Shown here piece by piece: positions 40,707 through 50,673 of a stretch of DNA of 64,000 bases. The notes beneath the pieces are model-generated. The model ran no database searches and had not been told where the DNA came from. It saw nothing but the letters and a program-made list of their open reading frames with translations. Made by a program: the position numbers and the translations under genes. Numbering within the stretch: the stretch's first letter is position 1; the number at the start of each line of letters is the position of its first letter. This DNA comes from a bacterium (lineage in GTDB: Bacteria; Patescibacteriota; SICC01): the NCBI GenBank assembly GCA_030699935.1, contig JAUYKS010000022.1, positions 18,970 through 82,969 on the forward strand. The letters are read 5' to 3'.

Positions 40707-41405
40707 GTGACGCCGTACGACGAAATCTCATTCGGGAGCCATCCCGACCGGCCGTATACGTTCATCAACATGGTGGCGACGGTCGATGGCAAGGCGGTCG
40801 ATCCCGGCACGCGGCAAGCGCCGTCCGGCGGACCGCACGACCGGCAGGCATTCCTGGCTTTGCGCGCCCATGCCGACGTGCTGATCTACGGCGCGACCAC
40901 CGGCAAGGACGTGCCGCCGGAAGAGTTCTTGGACGCCGACTTCCAAGCCGCGCGGAAGAAGGCGGGCCGGGATCCTCTGATGAAGTTCGTCCTGCTCTCG
41001 CACGGTGGACACCTTTCGACCGCCGACAAGATCTTCGGCAATCCGGACTTCACGCCGATCGTCTACGTACCCGAAGGCGTCGAGCTGGAACTGAAGAACG
41101 CGGACGTCCGGCACGCCGGACGCGGTGGCGGGCTCGACGTCGCCGCCATTGTGCAAGAGCTCAAACGGGACGGAGCCGACATCGCGATCTGCGAAGGTGG
41201 CCCGACCACCAACGAACCGTTCCTGCGGGACGGCCTGATCGACGAGTTCTTCCTGACCGTCTCACCGCGGATCCTCGGCGGCAACGCGGTCCTGACCGCG
41301 GTGGAAGGCGAGGTGCTCCCGCCGGAACGCGGCAAGCTGGAACTGGTTTCCGCGGAGCCCGCGGGTGACGAAGTATTTCTGCGGTACCGCGTGAGCGTTA
41401 AATGA
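40707..41405 (+). CDS. RibD C-terminal-like reductase (DHFR fold)
   Basis: NMVATVDGK, LRAHAD..IYGATT, CEGGPT, LIDEFFLTVSP.ILGG. Confidence 0.88.
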   Translation: MTPYDEISFGSHPDRPYTFINMVATVDGKAVDPGTRQAPSGGPHDRQAFLALRAHADVLIYGATTGKDVPPEEFLDADFQAARKKAGRDPLMKFVLLSHGGHLSTADKIFGNPDFTPIVYVPEGVELELKNADVRHAGRGGGLDVAAIVQELKRDGADIAICEGGPTTNEPFLRDGLIDEFFLTVSPRILGGNAVLTAVEGEVLPPERGKLELVSAEPAGDEVFLRYRVSVK

Positions 41406-41416
41406 CGATGAGTTTT

Positions 41417-42160
41417 TTAACTGCGCTCTGGAAGGGATCGATCCGTCAGAGTGTCACTGATTCGCAACAGTAGGGCTTCCTTTTTTTCTCCATCAGGAAG
41501 ACTTTGGGTCCTCCTTAGGGCCTGGCCAAGTAAATCAAGGTTGCCCGTGCGAGCTGCGTCTTCGACAAATAAATCGACTGATGTCTTGCCCTGGATTTGC
41601 GCGGCTTCTCGAGCACTGACAGCAAGCGCTCTATTCACGGGCTCGACTGCATCCGCAAATTGCTGCAGACGAGTGCGTCTACCACGAACATCCATTTGCA
41701 GGATTAAAGACAGCGATTCTTCTAGCGCTTCCTCTGAACCGGAACTAATTCCCGCTTTCCTCAAGGCGACAGAGCGACAGCCGTGAGATTCTATTTGCCA
41801 AGCTGTCTCAAGGGCGAATTCGGGTACGACAGGTGCAGACACTCCCACCAATCGGCATAAACGGGCTTGCTGATTTGATCGATCAGAATGCTCGTTGATG
41901 GTTTCACGGATCCCTTCAAAGAACTCAATCCTACCGCTGGCGGTTGCGACTTCGAGTGCAAGATCAAGTTTCTGAGAAAATGCCTCTTCTTGCGACCCCT
42001 GCCCTAAAGGAAGTTCTTTAATGAGGTCGAACGCCTTGTCGGCGTCAACCTCGGCAAACCCACGAATGAGTTCACGGGCACTATTGGGGCCTGCACCCTC
42101 GAGCTCCTTTCTCCAGGCACCTGGTCCTTCCGTGTCGAGCTCGATAAACTTTCTACCCAT
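41417..42160 (-). CDS. Hypothetical helical protein (low-GC ORFan)
   Basis: About 247 aa open frame, lower GC, no recognised motif. Confidence 0.65.
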   Translation of the reverse strand: MGRKFIELDTEGPGAWRKELEGAGPNSARELIRGFAEVDADKAFDLIKELPLGQGSQEEAFSQKLDLALEVATASGRIEFFEGIRETINEHSDRSNQQARLCRLVGVSAPVVPEFALETAWQIESHGCRSVALRKAGISSGSEEALEESLSLILQMDVRGRRTRLQQFADAVEPVNRALAVSAREAAQIQGKTSVDLFVEDAARTGNLDLLGQALRRTQSLPDGEKKEALLLRISDTLTDRSLPERS

Positions 42161-42207
42161 AACAAAGAAGAGTAGCAAAAAGTAACTTAGTCACGCAACT
42201 TTTCTTT

Positions 42208-43101
42208 CTAGAAGTCCCCGACGAAACTGATCTCCGGCTCCAGCGCGTAGCCGGTCTTTTCCTTCACGACCTTCTGGACATGTTCGATCAGCTTCCGGAC
42301 GTCCTCAGCCGTGGCGTTCTCGACGTTGAGGATGTAGTTGGCGTGGTGGTCCGAGACCTCCGCCCCGCCGATCCGGTGCCCCTTCAGGCCGCATTGGTCG
42401 ATCAGCCGTCCGGCCCCGACCCCCTTGATCTTCCGGAAGATGCTGCCGGCGCTCATCTGAACCGCGTTCGCCGGATGGACGCGCCTCCGCCAGGCCAGGT
42501 TCTCGACGGCGACCTCTTCGACGTCCTCCGGCGTGGACTCCTCGAGCGTGAACGTCACTTCCAACACGATGTGGTCGTTGTCGTGCAGGACGCTGGTGTC
42601 GTACCCGAACCGGAAGTACTCCTTGGTGACGTGACGCCGCTCGCCGTCGGCCAGGATCGTCGCGCCCTCGACGATTTCCGAGATAAAGCGGGTCTGCTCG
42701 TGAGGATATGAGAGGAAGTGCAGGTTCTGCCACATCGCGCCGCCGACGGTGCTCGGGATGCCTTTGTAGTGCTCGAGTCCGGAAAGGCCGCGCTTGGTGG
42801 TGGCGTCGATCAGCTCCGCGATCGTCGCGCCGGACTCCGCTTTGAGCAGACGCTCCTTGAACTCGAAATGCTTCGCCTCGTTCTTGATCACTACGCCGCG
42901 GAACCCGCCGTCGCCGAACAGGATGTTCGCTCCGCTGCCGAGCACGAACCACTCGTAATCCTCGGACTCGGCCCACTCGATCGCCTGCTGCAGCTCGTTC
43001 GCCGACTTCGGCACGACGAAGTAGTCCGCCGAGCCGCCGATCCCGAAGGTCGTGAACCGGGCCAGGTTGACATCGCGTTGGACTTTCGGTGTTTCTTCCA
43101 T
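42208..43101 (-). CDS. murB: UDP-N-acetylenolpyruvoylglucosamine reductase
   Basis: TTFGIGGSA, LGSGANIL, GIPSTVGGA, SAGSIF, HANYILN, LEPEI. Confidence 0.94.
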   Translation of the reverse strand: MEETPKVQRDVNLARFTTFGIGGSADYFVVPKSANELQQAIEWAESEDYEWFVLGSGANILFGDGGFRGVVIKNEAKHFEFKERLLKAESGATIAELIDATTKRGLSGLEHYKGIPSTVGGAMWQNLHFLSYPHEQTRFISEIVEGATILADGERRHVTKEYFRFGYDTSVLHDNDHIVLEVTFTLEESTPEDVEEVAVENLAWRRRVHPANAVQMSAGSIFRKIKGVGAGRLIDQCGLKGHRIGGAEVSDHHANYILNVENATAEDVRKLIEHVQKVVKEKTGYALEPEISFVGDF

Positions 43102-43119
43102 CAACTAGATGGTACCGGA

Positions 43120-43815
43120 CTATGCTTGCTCGAGCAGGAACGAGACCAGGAAACCCAGCGTCGTCGCGAAGGCAACCCAGCGGCCGCCGTCCTCATATGC
43201 CTGCGGCAACATGTTGTCCACCACCAACCCGAGCACCGCTCCGGCGGCAAAAGATTGGATCGCGGCCAGCGTGGCCGGGTTCATGTCTCCCAGCGCCGCC
43301 CCCAGCGGTACGAACCATACCAACCCTGCGGCGACCGCCAACCAGGTAAGGAAGATCCGTTTGCTCGACTCCTTTCCCTGCCGCAAGTCCTCGGATCCCA
43401 CCAGGGCTTCCGGGAAGTTCGAGATCATGATCGCCAGCAAAAGCGGCGCGGAGGCGGTGCCGAGCGCCAAGGTCGTGCCGAGGGCGACGTTCTCGGGGAC
43501 GCCGTCGATCGCGGCGCCGGCCAGCAACAAGGTCCCTCCCCTCCGTCCGCGCTGCCGGACTTCCCGGAAGACCAGTTGGTTGAGCAAGATGTACCCTGCC
43601 GCCCCGAGCAACATCCCGATGGACGCGGCGGCGGCTCCGCCGTATTCGAACGCCGTGCCGAACAGGTCGAAGGTCAGGGCGGCGATGAACGTCCCGGCCG
43701 CGAAGGCCAGGATCGCTGCGGTGGTCCGCTTATGCAGACGTACCCTGGTGCCGATCAACGGAGCGATCACCAAAGGCGCGACCGCCGCGACGCCTAGTAA
43801 TATTGCTTTTTCCAT
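43120..43815 (-). CDS. ZIP-family metal transporter
   Basis: Multi-TM, AFAAG, DGVPEN, SNFPEA, MLPQAY. Confidence 0.8.
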   Translation of the reverse strand: MEKAILLGVAAVAPLVIAPLIGTRVRLHKRTTAAILAFAAGTFIAALTFDLFGTAFEYGGAAAASIGMLLGAAGYILLNQLVFREVRQRGRRGGTLLLAGAAIDGVPENVALGTTLALGTASAPLLLAIMISNFPEALVGSEDLRQGKESSKRIFLTWLAVAAGLVWFVPLGAALGDMNPATLAAIQSFAAGAVLGLVVDNMLPQAYEDGGRWVAFATTLGFLVSFLLEQA

Positions 43816-43820
43816 GCCCG

Positions 43821-44588
43821 CTACTCCGCGATCTGTCCGCCGTCCACGACGAGGATCGCGCCGTTGACGAAGTCGGACTCATCTGCAGCCAGGTAGGTCG
43901 CGGCATAGGCGATGTCGTCCGGCTCGCCGAGCCGCGGGTACGGAATCGCCGCCTTGAACTGCGCGGTGGCCTTGGGATCTTTCAGGAACGGGTCGGTCAT
44001 CTTGGTCTTGATCACGCCGGGCGCGATCGCGTTGACGTTGATCCGCTTGGGCGCATACTCTAACGCCGCTTCCTTGGTCAGCGTCACCACGCCGCCCTTG
44101 GCCGCACAGTACGCCGCGATCTGCGGGAAGCCGATGATGCCGGCGATCGAGGTGATGTTGATCACCTTGCCCTGGCTCTTGTCTTTGCCCTTGCCGGCCT
44201 TTTCCATTTCCGGGATCGCGTACTTCATGCCGAGGAACGTCCCCTTGAGGTCGACCGCCAGCACCTGGTCCCACTGCGCTTCGGTCATCTCCTCCAGCGG
44301 ATGCATCTCGACCACGCCGGCGTTGTTGACGAGGATGTCGAGCTGGCCGAATTTCTTGACCGTCTCGGCGACCATCCGCTTGTTGTCGGCGGCGCTGCTG
44401 ACGTCGGCTTGGATCGCCAGTGCCTTGCCGCCATCCTTCTCGATCTCCTTCACGGTCTCCTCGCAGCTCTCGACGTGATGCCCCGCGCAAACCACGGCGG
44501 CGCCTTCCTTCGCGTACATCTTGGCGATCGCTTTGCCGATGCCGCTGCCGGCTCCGGTGACGATCGCTACTTTGTCTTTCAGTCTCAT
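43821..44588 (-). CDS. Short-chain dehydrogenase/reductase
   Basis: [17 protein letters not shown]. Confidence 0.95.
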   Translation of the reverse strand: MRLKDKVAIVTGAGSGIGKAIAKMYAKEGAAVVCAGHHVESCEETVKEIEKDGGKALAIQADVSSAADNKRMVAETVKKFGQLDILVNNAGVVEMHPLEEMTEAQWDQVLAVDLKGTFLGMKYAIPEMEKAGKGKDKSQGKVINITSIAGIIGFPQIAAYCAAKGGVVTLTKEAALEYAPKRINVNAIAPGVIKTKMTDPFLKDPKATAQFKAAIPYPRLGEPDDIAYAATYLAADESDFVNGAILVVDGGQIAE

Positions 44589-44618
44589 TTCAACCTCATG
44601 GTGTATTTCCGTTAGATG

Positions 44619-45236
44619 CTACCGTGCAGATTCTGTGATGTTCTTCACGATCTGTTCGAAGTCCCCCGAGACCTTGTCGTACGCCCGCGCGTCCGTCTGA
44701 AAGTCGAGCGTATACGTGTGGTCGGGAGTCGGAACGACGACATGGAGGTTTTCAAAGACAGCGGCACCCGGCTCGCCTTGCTCGGTATAGCGGATCTTCA
44801 CGACGTCGTATCCGCCAACCTTGGCAATCTCCTGTTTTACGAGCTTGAATCCGACGATCTTCTTTCGATAGGCGGCGATGATCGGCTTAGACAACGTCTT
44901 GATGTCGAAGTCCTTGACGAGCTTGCCTTCGAGCACGGTTACCACCACTCGCGCACTGGGATCGTCCCGTTTGGCCCGCAGGACGAAGCTCGGCGCACGG
45001 AGGTCGTTCTGGAACGTCTGTCGTTGCCATCCCTCGGGAAGCGACAGGTCTTCCCGAACCTGCTGCACGTCGGAAGAAATCGTTACTTGTTCGGGCTGCG
45101 CGACCGAATCGCCACCAGTACCGTCGCGGCCAAACAGCATGAATATGCCGGTCGCCAATAGCAACCCGATCGCCACGGCAACCAGATATCGGAATACCGG
45201 ACTCTGGAAAACGGATGTGGAGTGTGAGTTTGGCAT
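44619..45236 (-). CDS. Membrane-anchored PsbP/DcrB-like protein
   Basis: N-terminal TM, LSLPEGW, C-terminal YTLDF...FEQIV pattern. Confidence 0.55.
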   Translation of the reverse strand: MPNSHSTSVFQSPVFRYLVAVAIGLLLATGIFMLFGRDGTGGDSVAQPEQVTISSDVQQVREDLSLPEGWQRQTFQNDLRAPSFVLRAKRDDPSARVVVTVLEGKLVKDFDIKTLSKPIIAAYRKKIVGFKLVKQEIAKVGGYDVVKIRYTEQGEPGAAVFENLHVVVPTPDHTYTLDFQTDARAYDKVSGDFEQIVKNITESAR

Positions 45237-45238
45237 GG

Positions 45239-45826
45239 TCAATCGAACGGCCTCAGCGTAAGCGAAGAAAAGAAAACCGTAAAGTTTTCCTGATAGTCCG
45301 CCAGCCGATCCCGCGGCGCATCACAAAACGCAAAAGTTGTCGCGGTATCCGTCGTTACCACGAGTTCGGATCGGGCGATGACCTGTTGTTGCTCCTGGTA
45401 GCTGATGTCCATCAGCACTCCCTGGTGATCCACTTCGACCTCGACGGTTTCCGAGCCGATCAGTTTGGCGTCGGGATTATTCCGCCTAATGGCCTTCATC
45501 GTGCCTTCTTCCAGATATTCCGTCGCGACTTGGCCGCCGGTGGTCCGTGGCGTCTGTGAAATATAGCATCCGCTAGAGGTATCGCCGGCCGGCCGATATC
45601 CGTATATGAAGCTCGGGTTCTGGCGGGCCAGTTCGCTGCGCCCAATCGGGACGAACCGCTTGTCGATATCGAAGGAGATGCCAAGTGATTCGTCCTGGAC
45701 ATGGTTGACCGAATCGTCGCGCAGTACCAGGTACAGCACGACGGCCACCACCAACAATCCGGCCACTCCGGCGGTGATCAGTAATCTGGTGCGGATGCGG
45801 TTGCGGTTTCGCTGCTGAGCGGCCAT
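45239..45826 (-). CDS. Membrane-anchored hypothetical protein (possibly PsbP-like)
   Basis: N-terminal TM, GISFDI, C-terminal F..FFSSL; start ATG 45826 follows a -10-like hexamer. Confidence 0.55.
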   Translation of the reverse strand: MAAQQRNRNRIRTRLLITAGVAGLLVVAVVLYLVLRDDSVNHVQDESLGISFDIDKRFVPIGRSELARQNPSFIYGYRPAGDTSSGCYISQTPRTTGGQVATEYLEEGTMKAIRRNNPDAKLIGSETVEVEVDHQGVLMDISYQEQQQVIARSELVVTTDTATTFAFCDAPRDRLADYQENFTVFFSSLTLRPFD

Positions 45827-45859
45827 GTCCCCATTGTGCACAAAAAACCAACCAATACT

Positions 45860-45892
45860 AAAACTAAAGCACCTCCCGCGAGGGAGGCACCT
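45860..45892 (-). terminator. Probable intrinsic terminator
   Basis: GCCTCCC-TCGC-GGGAGGT followed by a T-rich run. Confidence 0.55.
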
Positions 45893-45918
45893 TAGACTAC
45901 TTTCCGGTGGAGTACGGA

Positions 45919-46845
45919 TTAGTTGTTGAGCTGCTGCCAGTCCGTGCCGTCACAACCGAAGAAGTTGTTCGCGACATCGATCCGCAGGTCGCCCTTGTTG
46001 CTCGCGCTGCAGGTACCGCTGGCGTCCGCGCCGTCTACCAGCGTGGAACCGTGGGCCGGAGCCTGCAAGCTTGTCGCTCCCGAGAAGTCGACGTCGCCGA
46101 TCACGGTAAGGTTCTTACCGCTGGCCAGAGTGAGGCCGGTGCTGGCAATCGTACCCACCAGGGCGTCCGTCTCGGCCGCACCGCCGACGTGGAACTGAAT
46201 CTGGTCCTCAGCCGCCAAACGGATGCGTCCCGTGCCGACATTGCTGTCGACAGCCGTGATCCGGATGTGGTTGGAGCCTTGGAATTCCAAGTCCATATCC
46301 TCATTGGAGCCCCAAATCGCGCGGGTCGTTTTGGCACCCGTGCCGCCGGTATCGTCGAAGACGGCATTGTAGAAGACGCCGGCATACGACTCGGATGTCG
46401 AATCCGCCGTGCCGTCGCCGGTGGTGTCAGACGGACCACGCAGTCGGAACGACGTGGCGTTATCCTTGATCGCCCGAATGACGCCGTTTACGTCGAGACC
46501 AGCCATCGTGAAGCTATCGGTGTTGCGAAGCTCCGAGTCAGAAACGGCGTTGGCGCCGATGTCAATCGAGCCGATGGACTGATCAGAGATTTCCGAAGTG
46601 CCAACCGCGTTGGCCCCGATGTCGATCTTTTGGATCGATTGGTCACGGATCTCCGAAGTACCGACCGCCTGTGCGGCGATATCAATCGATTGGATCGACT
46701 GATTAACGATCTTGGCGCTGTTAACCGTGTTGTTATAAAGGTGGGCTGGGTGGTTAGCGTGGCCATAAGCGGAAGGTACGGCCACGACCGCTGCCGCCGC
46801 CAGACCCAAGCCCACGCTTGCTCCTAGTTTTTTAATACTTTTCAT
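45919..46845 (-). CDS. Secreted fibre/adhesin-like protein with three 20-aa repeats
   Basis: Signal peptide, (D/N)QSIxxIDIxAxAVxxSE x3, C-terminal CS...G.LR......CDG..W module; strong SD. Confidence 0.75.
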   Translation of the reverse strand: MKSIKKLGASVGLGLAAAAVVAVPSAYGHANHPAHLYNNTVNSAKIVNQSIQSIDIAAQAVGTSEIRDQSIQKIDIGANAVGTSEISDQSIGSIDIGANAVSDSELRNTDSFTMAGLDVNGVIRAIKDNATSFRLRGPSDTTGDGTADSTSESYAGVFYNAVFDDTGGTGAKTTRAIWGSNEDMDLEFQGSNHIRITAVDSNVGTGRIRLAAEDQIQFHVGGAAETDALVGTIASTGLTLASGKNLTVIGDVDFSGATSLQAPAHGSTLVDGADASGTCSASNKGDLRIDVANNFFGCDGTDWQQLNN

Positions 46846-47041
46846 CTATATATCACCCCCTTCCTGTTGAAATTGTCAGATAAATAAAGCAACTAGGGCA
46901 GCCCAACATCACCACGTTAACCGGCCGTTGCGTCATTCCAATGATCCTGCGTCCGCGCGATTCGATCCGAGTGACATTACTTTTTCGAACTGAATCTTAC
47001 CCCACTCGATGGTTAGTAGCTTGATGAGTGAATCATACGTC

Positions 47042-47068
47042 ACATTTGTTTATGTTGTAAACAAATGT
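47042..47068. promoter_or_regulatory. Palindromic operator ACATTTGTTTA-N5-TAAACAAATGT between divergent genes
   Basis: Perfect 11-bp inverted repeat about 20 nt upstream of the XRE gene. Confidence 0.7.
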
Positions 47069-47087
47069 ATAGCCATACGGTTAGCGT

Positions 47088-47312
47088 ATGGCTATCGATG
47101 AAGAGCGGTTCTTCAATGAATTAAGTCGGCGCATAGCGAAAGCTCGCAAGAGCCAATCGCTTTCCCAGGAGGCCCTTGAAGCCAAGTCTAACGTAGACAG
47201 GGTCGCGATAGCCTACATCGAGCAAGGGCACCGCAAGCCGACCGTCACGACCGTCTATCGGCTGTCAAAGGGGTTAGGCATCAAGCTCGAGAACCTTTTC
47301 AAAGGCTACTGA
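47088..47312 (+). CDS. XRE-family HTH regulator
   Basis: RK...LSQEAL.......IAYIEQG.RKPT..T..RL. Confidence 0.9.
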   Translation: MAIDEERFFNELSRRIAKARKSQSLSQEALEAKSNVDRVAIAYIEQGHRKPTVTTVYRLSKGLGIKLENLFKGY

Positions 47313-47707
47313 AGATTATGTTGCAGGGGCGTCACCACGACCTCGCGTTCGCGCGGTCCGCTGAACTCGAACAGGACGACCCGCTGCCACGTCCCGAGCT
47401 GGAGTTTGCCCCGGGCGACCGGCACCGTCACCGACGGCCCGACCAGCGAAGCGAGGATGTGGTCCGGCATATGCGACGGATCGTGCGGGTGGCGGAAATC
47501 GAGCCGCGGCACCATCTGTGTCAGCGCGTCGAGGTAATCAAGGTCGGTGCCGCCCGGGTCGAGATCGGCGGTACTGAGCCCGACCGTCGTGTGCTTCACG
47601 AACGCGTGCACCGTGCCGGCATGACCTTTGGGAATTTCTGCAGCCAACCGATCGGTAATGTCGATCACTTGCTTCGATTCCTGACTGGAAATCTTGAATA
47701 AACTCAT
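47306..47707 (-). CDS. YjbQ/UPF0047 family protein
   Basis: HTT, HILASLVGPS, LGTWQRV.LFE. Confidence 0.9.
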   Translation of the reverse strand: MSLFKISSQESKQVIDITDRLAAEIPKGHAGTVHAFVKHTTVGLSTADLDPGGTDLDYLDALTQMVPRLDFRHPHDPSHMPDHILASLVGPSVTVPVARGKLQLGTWQRVVLFEFSGPREREVVVTPLQHNLQ

Positions 47708-47824
47708 TGGAGAAGATTGCATCGGTAGTATACGACTTACCCCCGCTTCCTTTTTGGAGATTTGCACGAATCGCCGGCAGCGGCTGGCGAGTACCATGCG
47801 GACACTTAAGCCAAGGGGGCGTAC

Positions 47825-48217
47825 ATGTTCAAAGACTCAAAAGCGTTCAGCAGTTTCTCGGTAAACGACCTGGCCAAAGCCGAGGAATTTTACGGGAAGA
47901 CGCTCGGCCTAAACGTCAGCAAAGACGACAAGATGGGAATTCTCAACCTGAACTTCCCGGGCGGTGGACAGACGGTGATTTATCCCAAGGGCGACCACGC
48001 CCCGGCGACGTTTACGGTGCTCAACTTTCCGGTCGGTGACATCGAAAAAACGATCGATGAGCTCGCCGCCAAGGGCGTGCAGCTCGAGCATTACGACGAG
48101 GGTCCGGCTAAGACTAATCAGAAAGGGATTGCCGGCGGCGACGAGGGGTTCGGCCCGAAAATCGCCTGGTTCAAAGACCCGGCCGGGAATATCCTGGCGG
48201 TAATGACCGAAGGCTGA
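47825..48217 (+). CDS. VOC/glyoxalase family protein
   Basis: [28 protein letters not shown]. Confidence 0.9.
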   Translation: MFKDSKAFSSFSVNDLAKAEEFYGKTLGLNVSKDDKMGILNLNFPGGGQTVIYPKGDHAPATFTVLNFPVGDIEKTIDELAAKGVQLEHYDEGPAKTNQKGIAGGDEGFGPKIAWFKDPAGNILAVMTEG

Positions 48218-48235
48218 TTCAAATCGCGGGATGAC

Positions 48236-48874
48236 ATGCGATTCCGGGACCGAATCGACGCCGGAAAGCAGCTCAGCGCAAAGCTCACGCAGAAGCTGAA
48301 AAGTTACGCCGGGCAGCCGGTGGTGGTCTACGCGCTGCCGCGCGGCGGTGTGCCGGTGGCGGCGGAAGTGGCGCGGGCACTCAGCGCGCCGCTCGACTTG
48401 GTGATCCCGCGGAAGGTCGGCCACCCGCTGTCGCCGGAGTATGCGATCGCGGCGGTCACCGAAGCCGGCAAGGCAATCGAAAACGAGTCGGAAGTGGCGA
48501 TGATCGATCCGGTCTGGTACCGAAGGGCGGTTCGGAACGAACGCGCCGAGGCGAAGCGCCGGCGCGAGGCGTATCTCGGGAAACGGAAGCCGGTGTCGCC
48601 GCGAGGCAAGGTGGCGATTCTGGTCGATGACGGGATCGCGACCAGCCTGACGATGCGCGCCGCGGTCGCGGATTTGCAGACCCGCGGTCCGAACGCGATC
48701 GTAATCGCGGTGCCGGTCGCGCCGGCCGATGCGGTCGCCAATCTCGCCGCCGCGGTTCAGGACGTAGTGGTCTGCGAGCAGCCGATCCAATTCCTCGGTT
48801 CAATCGGCGCATACTATGACAAATTCGACCAGACTACGGACAAGGAAGTCGTTCGGTTGCTTACCCCAACTTGA
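48236..48874 (+). CDS. Phosphoribosyltransferase family protein
   Basis: FRDRIDAG, LPRGGVPVA, LVDDGIAT. Confidence 0.9.
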   Translation: MRFRDRIDAGKQLSAKLTQKLKSYAGQPVVVYALPRGGVPVAAEVARALSAPLDLVIPRKVGHPLSPEYAIAAVTEAGKAIENESEVAMIDPVWYRRAVRNERAEAKRRREAYLGKRKPVSPRGKVAILVDDGIATSLTMRAAVADLQTRGPNAIVIAVPVAPADAVANLAAAVQDVVVCEQPIQFLGSIGAYYDKFDQTTDKEVVRLLTPT

Positions 48875-50081
48875 CCGTCTCGCCTTCGAGCAATTCCTTG
48901 GCATCGTTGACGCCGTCCTTCTGTATTACCAGATCGACCTCGACCCCGTCGACTTGCGCCAATTCCGCGATCGCGTTCTGCAAACCGATTTGGCCGCTTT
49001 TGATCCGCTGCTGGGTCTCGCGAAGTTCCTCCTCGAGCTGCCAGCGCGCCCGCTCCAACGGTGACGGCTCCTCGATCAACGACATGAAGTTTTCGAGTGA
49101 TTTCTGCTCTGTCGGATCTTCTTCAAACACCGACCGGAACCCTTTGACCCGCACCCGGATTTCCTGCCTGGCCGCAGTCCGGTGTTGCTTCCGCAAGTAG
49201 CAAGTCGCCAACCGCAAGAGTTCGGTCCTGACTAACTCATCCGCGTTGTCCGGATCCACAACCTTGGCATACTTTTTGACGGGCGTGATCGCCCGGCCGA
49301 CTTCCTTGGCCACGCTGAACGGCAAAAGCTGATCATCCGTGAGTTCCCGAATTTCAACCGGCAGGTCAACGAAATTCAGAGCATCGCGTAACGCATCCAC
49401 GCCGATACAATGTTTGCTCGCGAATTCTTTCCGGGACATTCGCGGCACCGTGCCTTTCGCTTCCTCCTCTTTCTGCCAAAACCAGGCCTCGGCCATTAAT
49501 ATCGCGGTGTTTTGTGGCGCGGGCGCGGCGTGAAGATTCTCTTCGGTCTGGCGCGTAACAATTTCGTCGACCGTCGTGACTCCGTCAAGAATGCGCGCCC
49601 ACTCGTAGTAATTGCTCGGTTTACAACCGATGCTTTCGGCATCGGCCTGGCAAGCCTTAAGACGTGAATGTCCGGCAACCAGCAGCGCGAACATTTCGCC
49701 GGACTCGCCGGACTCGTCCACTGGTACGAACTCATCGATACGGGCCCCGCTTCGCCAGGCCCGGTTCGTGAAGTCGATGTAGTCTTGGATTTGCTCCCGC
49801 GTCAGGATCGTGACCAGCAAGGCGTTGTCCAAGCTGCGTCGGGAGATGGAAGCGTTGAGTTCCCGCTGGACCGGATTGGACCCGTTCCGATGTTGGGCGC
49901 AAATGTTGATTTTGTCGACCGGTAGCTGGACGACATGATAATCGTCCGGGCGGTAGATGAACTCCGGTGCTTCCTCGGCCGAATCGTCGGCACTTTCGTG
50001 TAAACCCTCACCGCCGTTGAAGTCGAAATCATAAAAATCACCGATTCCTTCCCCCTGATCGACTTGTCTGTCCTGTTTCAT
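48861..50081 (-). CDS. Divergent ParB/Spo0J-like protein
   Basis: LVAGHSRLKA (box-II-like), EENL, downstream HTH-like segment and DLP.EI pattern. Confidence 0.6.
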   Translation of the reverse strand: MKQDRQVDQGEGIGDFYDFDFNGGEGLHESADDSAEEAPEFIYRPDDYHVVQLPVDKINICAQHRNGSNPVQRELNASISRRSLDNALLVTILTREQIQDYIDFTNRAWRSGARIDEFVPVDESGESGEMFALLVAGHSRLKACQADAESIGCKPSNYYEWARILDGVTTVDEIVTRQTEENLHAAPAPQNTAILMAEAWFWQKEEEAKGTVPRMSRKEFASKHCIGVDALRDALNFVDLPVEIRELTDDQLLPFSVAKEVGRAITPVKKYAKVVDPDNADELVRTELLRLATCYLRKQHRTAARQEIRVRVKGFRSVFEEDPTEQKSLENFMSLIEEPSPLERARWQLEEELRETQQRIKSGQIGLQNAIAELAQVDGVEVDLVIQKDGVNDAKELLEGETVKLG

Positions 50082-50186
50082 CTGGTTGTTGGTATCCGCG
50101 GTTTACCTGTTCTGAATATAACAGGATGCGAACCCACCGGTTTTCCCGATGTGGATACGTGGGTTTTATCTTGTTGTCTGCCTTTG

Positions 50187-50260
50187 CAGGGGCGGAGGGA
50201 TTCGAACCCCCGACACCGGGTTTTGGAGACCCGTGCTCTGCCAGACTGAGCTACGCCCCT
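50187..50260 (-). tRNA. tRNA-Trp(CCA)
   Basis: AGGGGCG acceptor, CGGGT-CTCCAAA-ACCCG anticodon arm, GGTTCGAATCC. Confidence 0.97.
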
Positions 50261-50374
50261 AGGAGTGAGGGAAATGCAAAGTTTACTTTAGCATTTCCGA
50301 GCGACGACGGAGCGTATGCAATACGCCCCTGGGTACTCAAATAATACAGGCTGCGCGGCCGGACTGCCGAGCAG

Positions 50375-50536
50375 CTACTTCGTCTCTTTGTGCAGCATGT
50401 GCTTCTTGCAGCGCTTGCAGAACTTCTTGATCTCCAAGCGCTCCTGCGTGTTCCGCCGGTTCTTGGTGGTGTGATAGTTGTGCTCCTTGCACTCCGTGCA
50501 TTCGAGCGTGATCACCGGTCTGATGTCCTTAGCCAT
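50375..50536 (-). CDS. rpmG: 50S ribosomal protein L33 (zinc-binding form)
   Basis: Manual translation [53 protein letters not shown]. Confidence 0.97.
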   Translation of the reverse strand: MAKDIRPVITLECTECKEHNYHTTKNRRNTQERLEIKKFCKRCKKHMLHKETK

Positions 50537-50596
50537 ACCGAATTACGATATCATGAATCCGCGTCATCCCGCGCCCTTAGGACGCCGGACGGCCAA

Positions 50597-50670
50597 GCCG
50601 CCTTAGCTCAGCTGGCCAGAGCAACTGTTTTGTAAACAGTAGGTCCTCGGTTCGAATCCGAGAGGCGGCT
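50597..50670 (+). tRNA. tRNA-Thr(TGT)
   Basis: GCCGCCT acceptor, ACTGT-TTTGTAA-ACAGT anticodon arm. Confidence 0.97.
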
Positions 50671-50673
50671 CAT

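Noticed and set aside
46850-47030. c-di-GMP riboswitch in the leader of the secreted repeat protein
   Set aside because: Only loose resemblance (GACGCA, GCAACGGCC); the GNRA/receptor architecture could not be built by eye.
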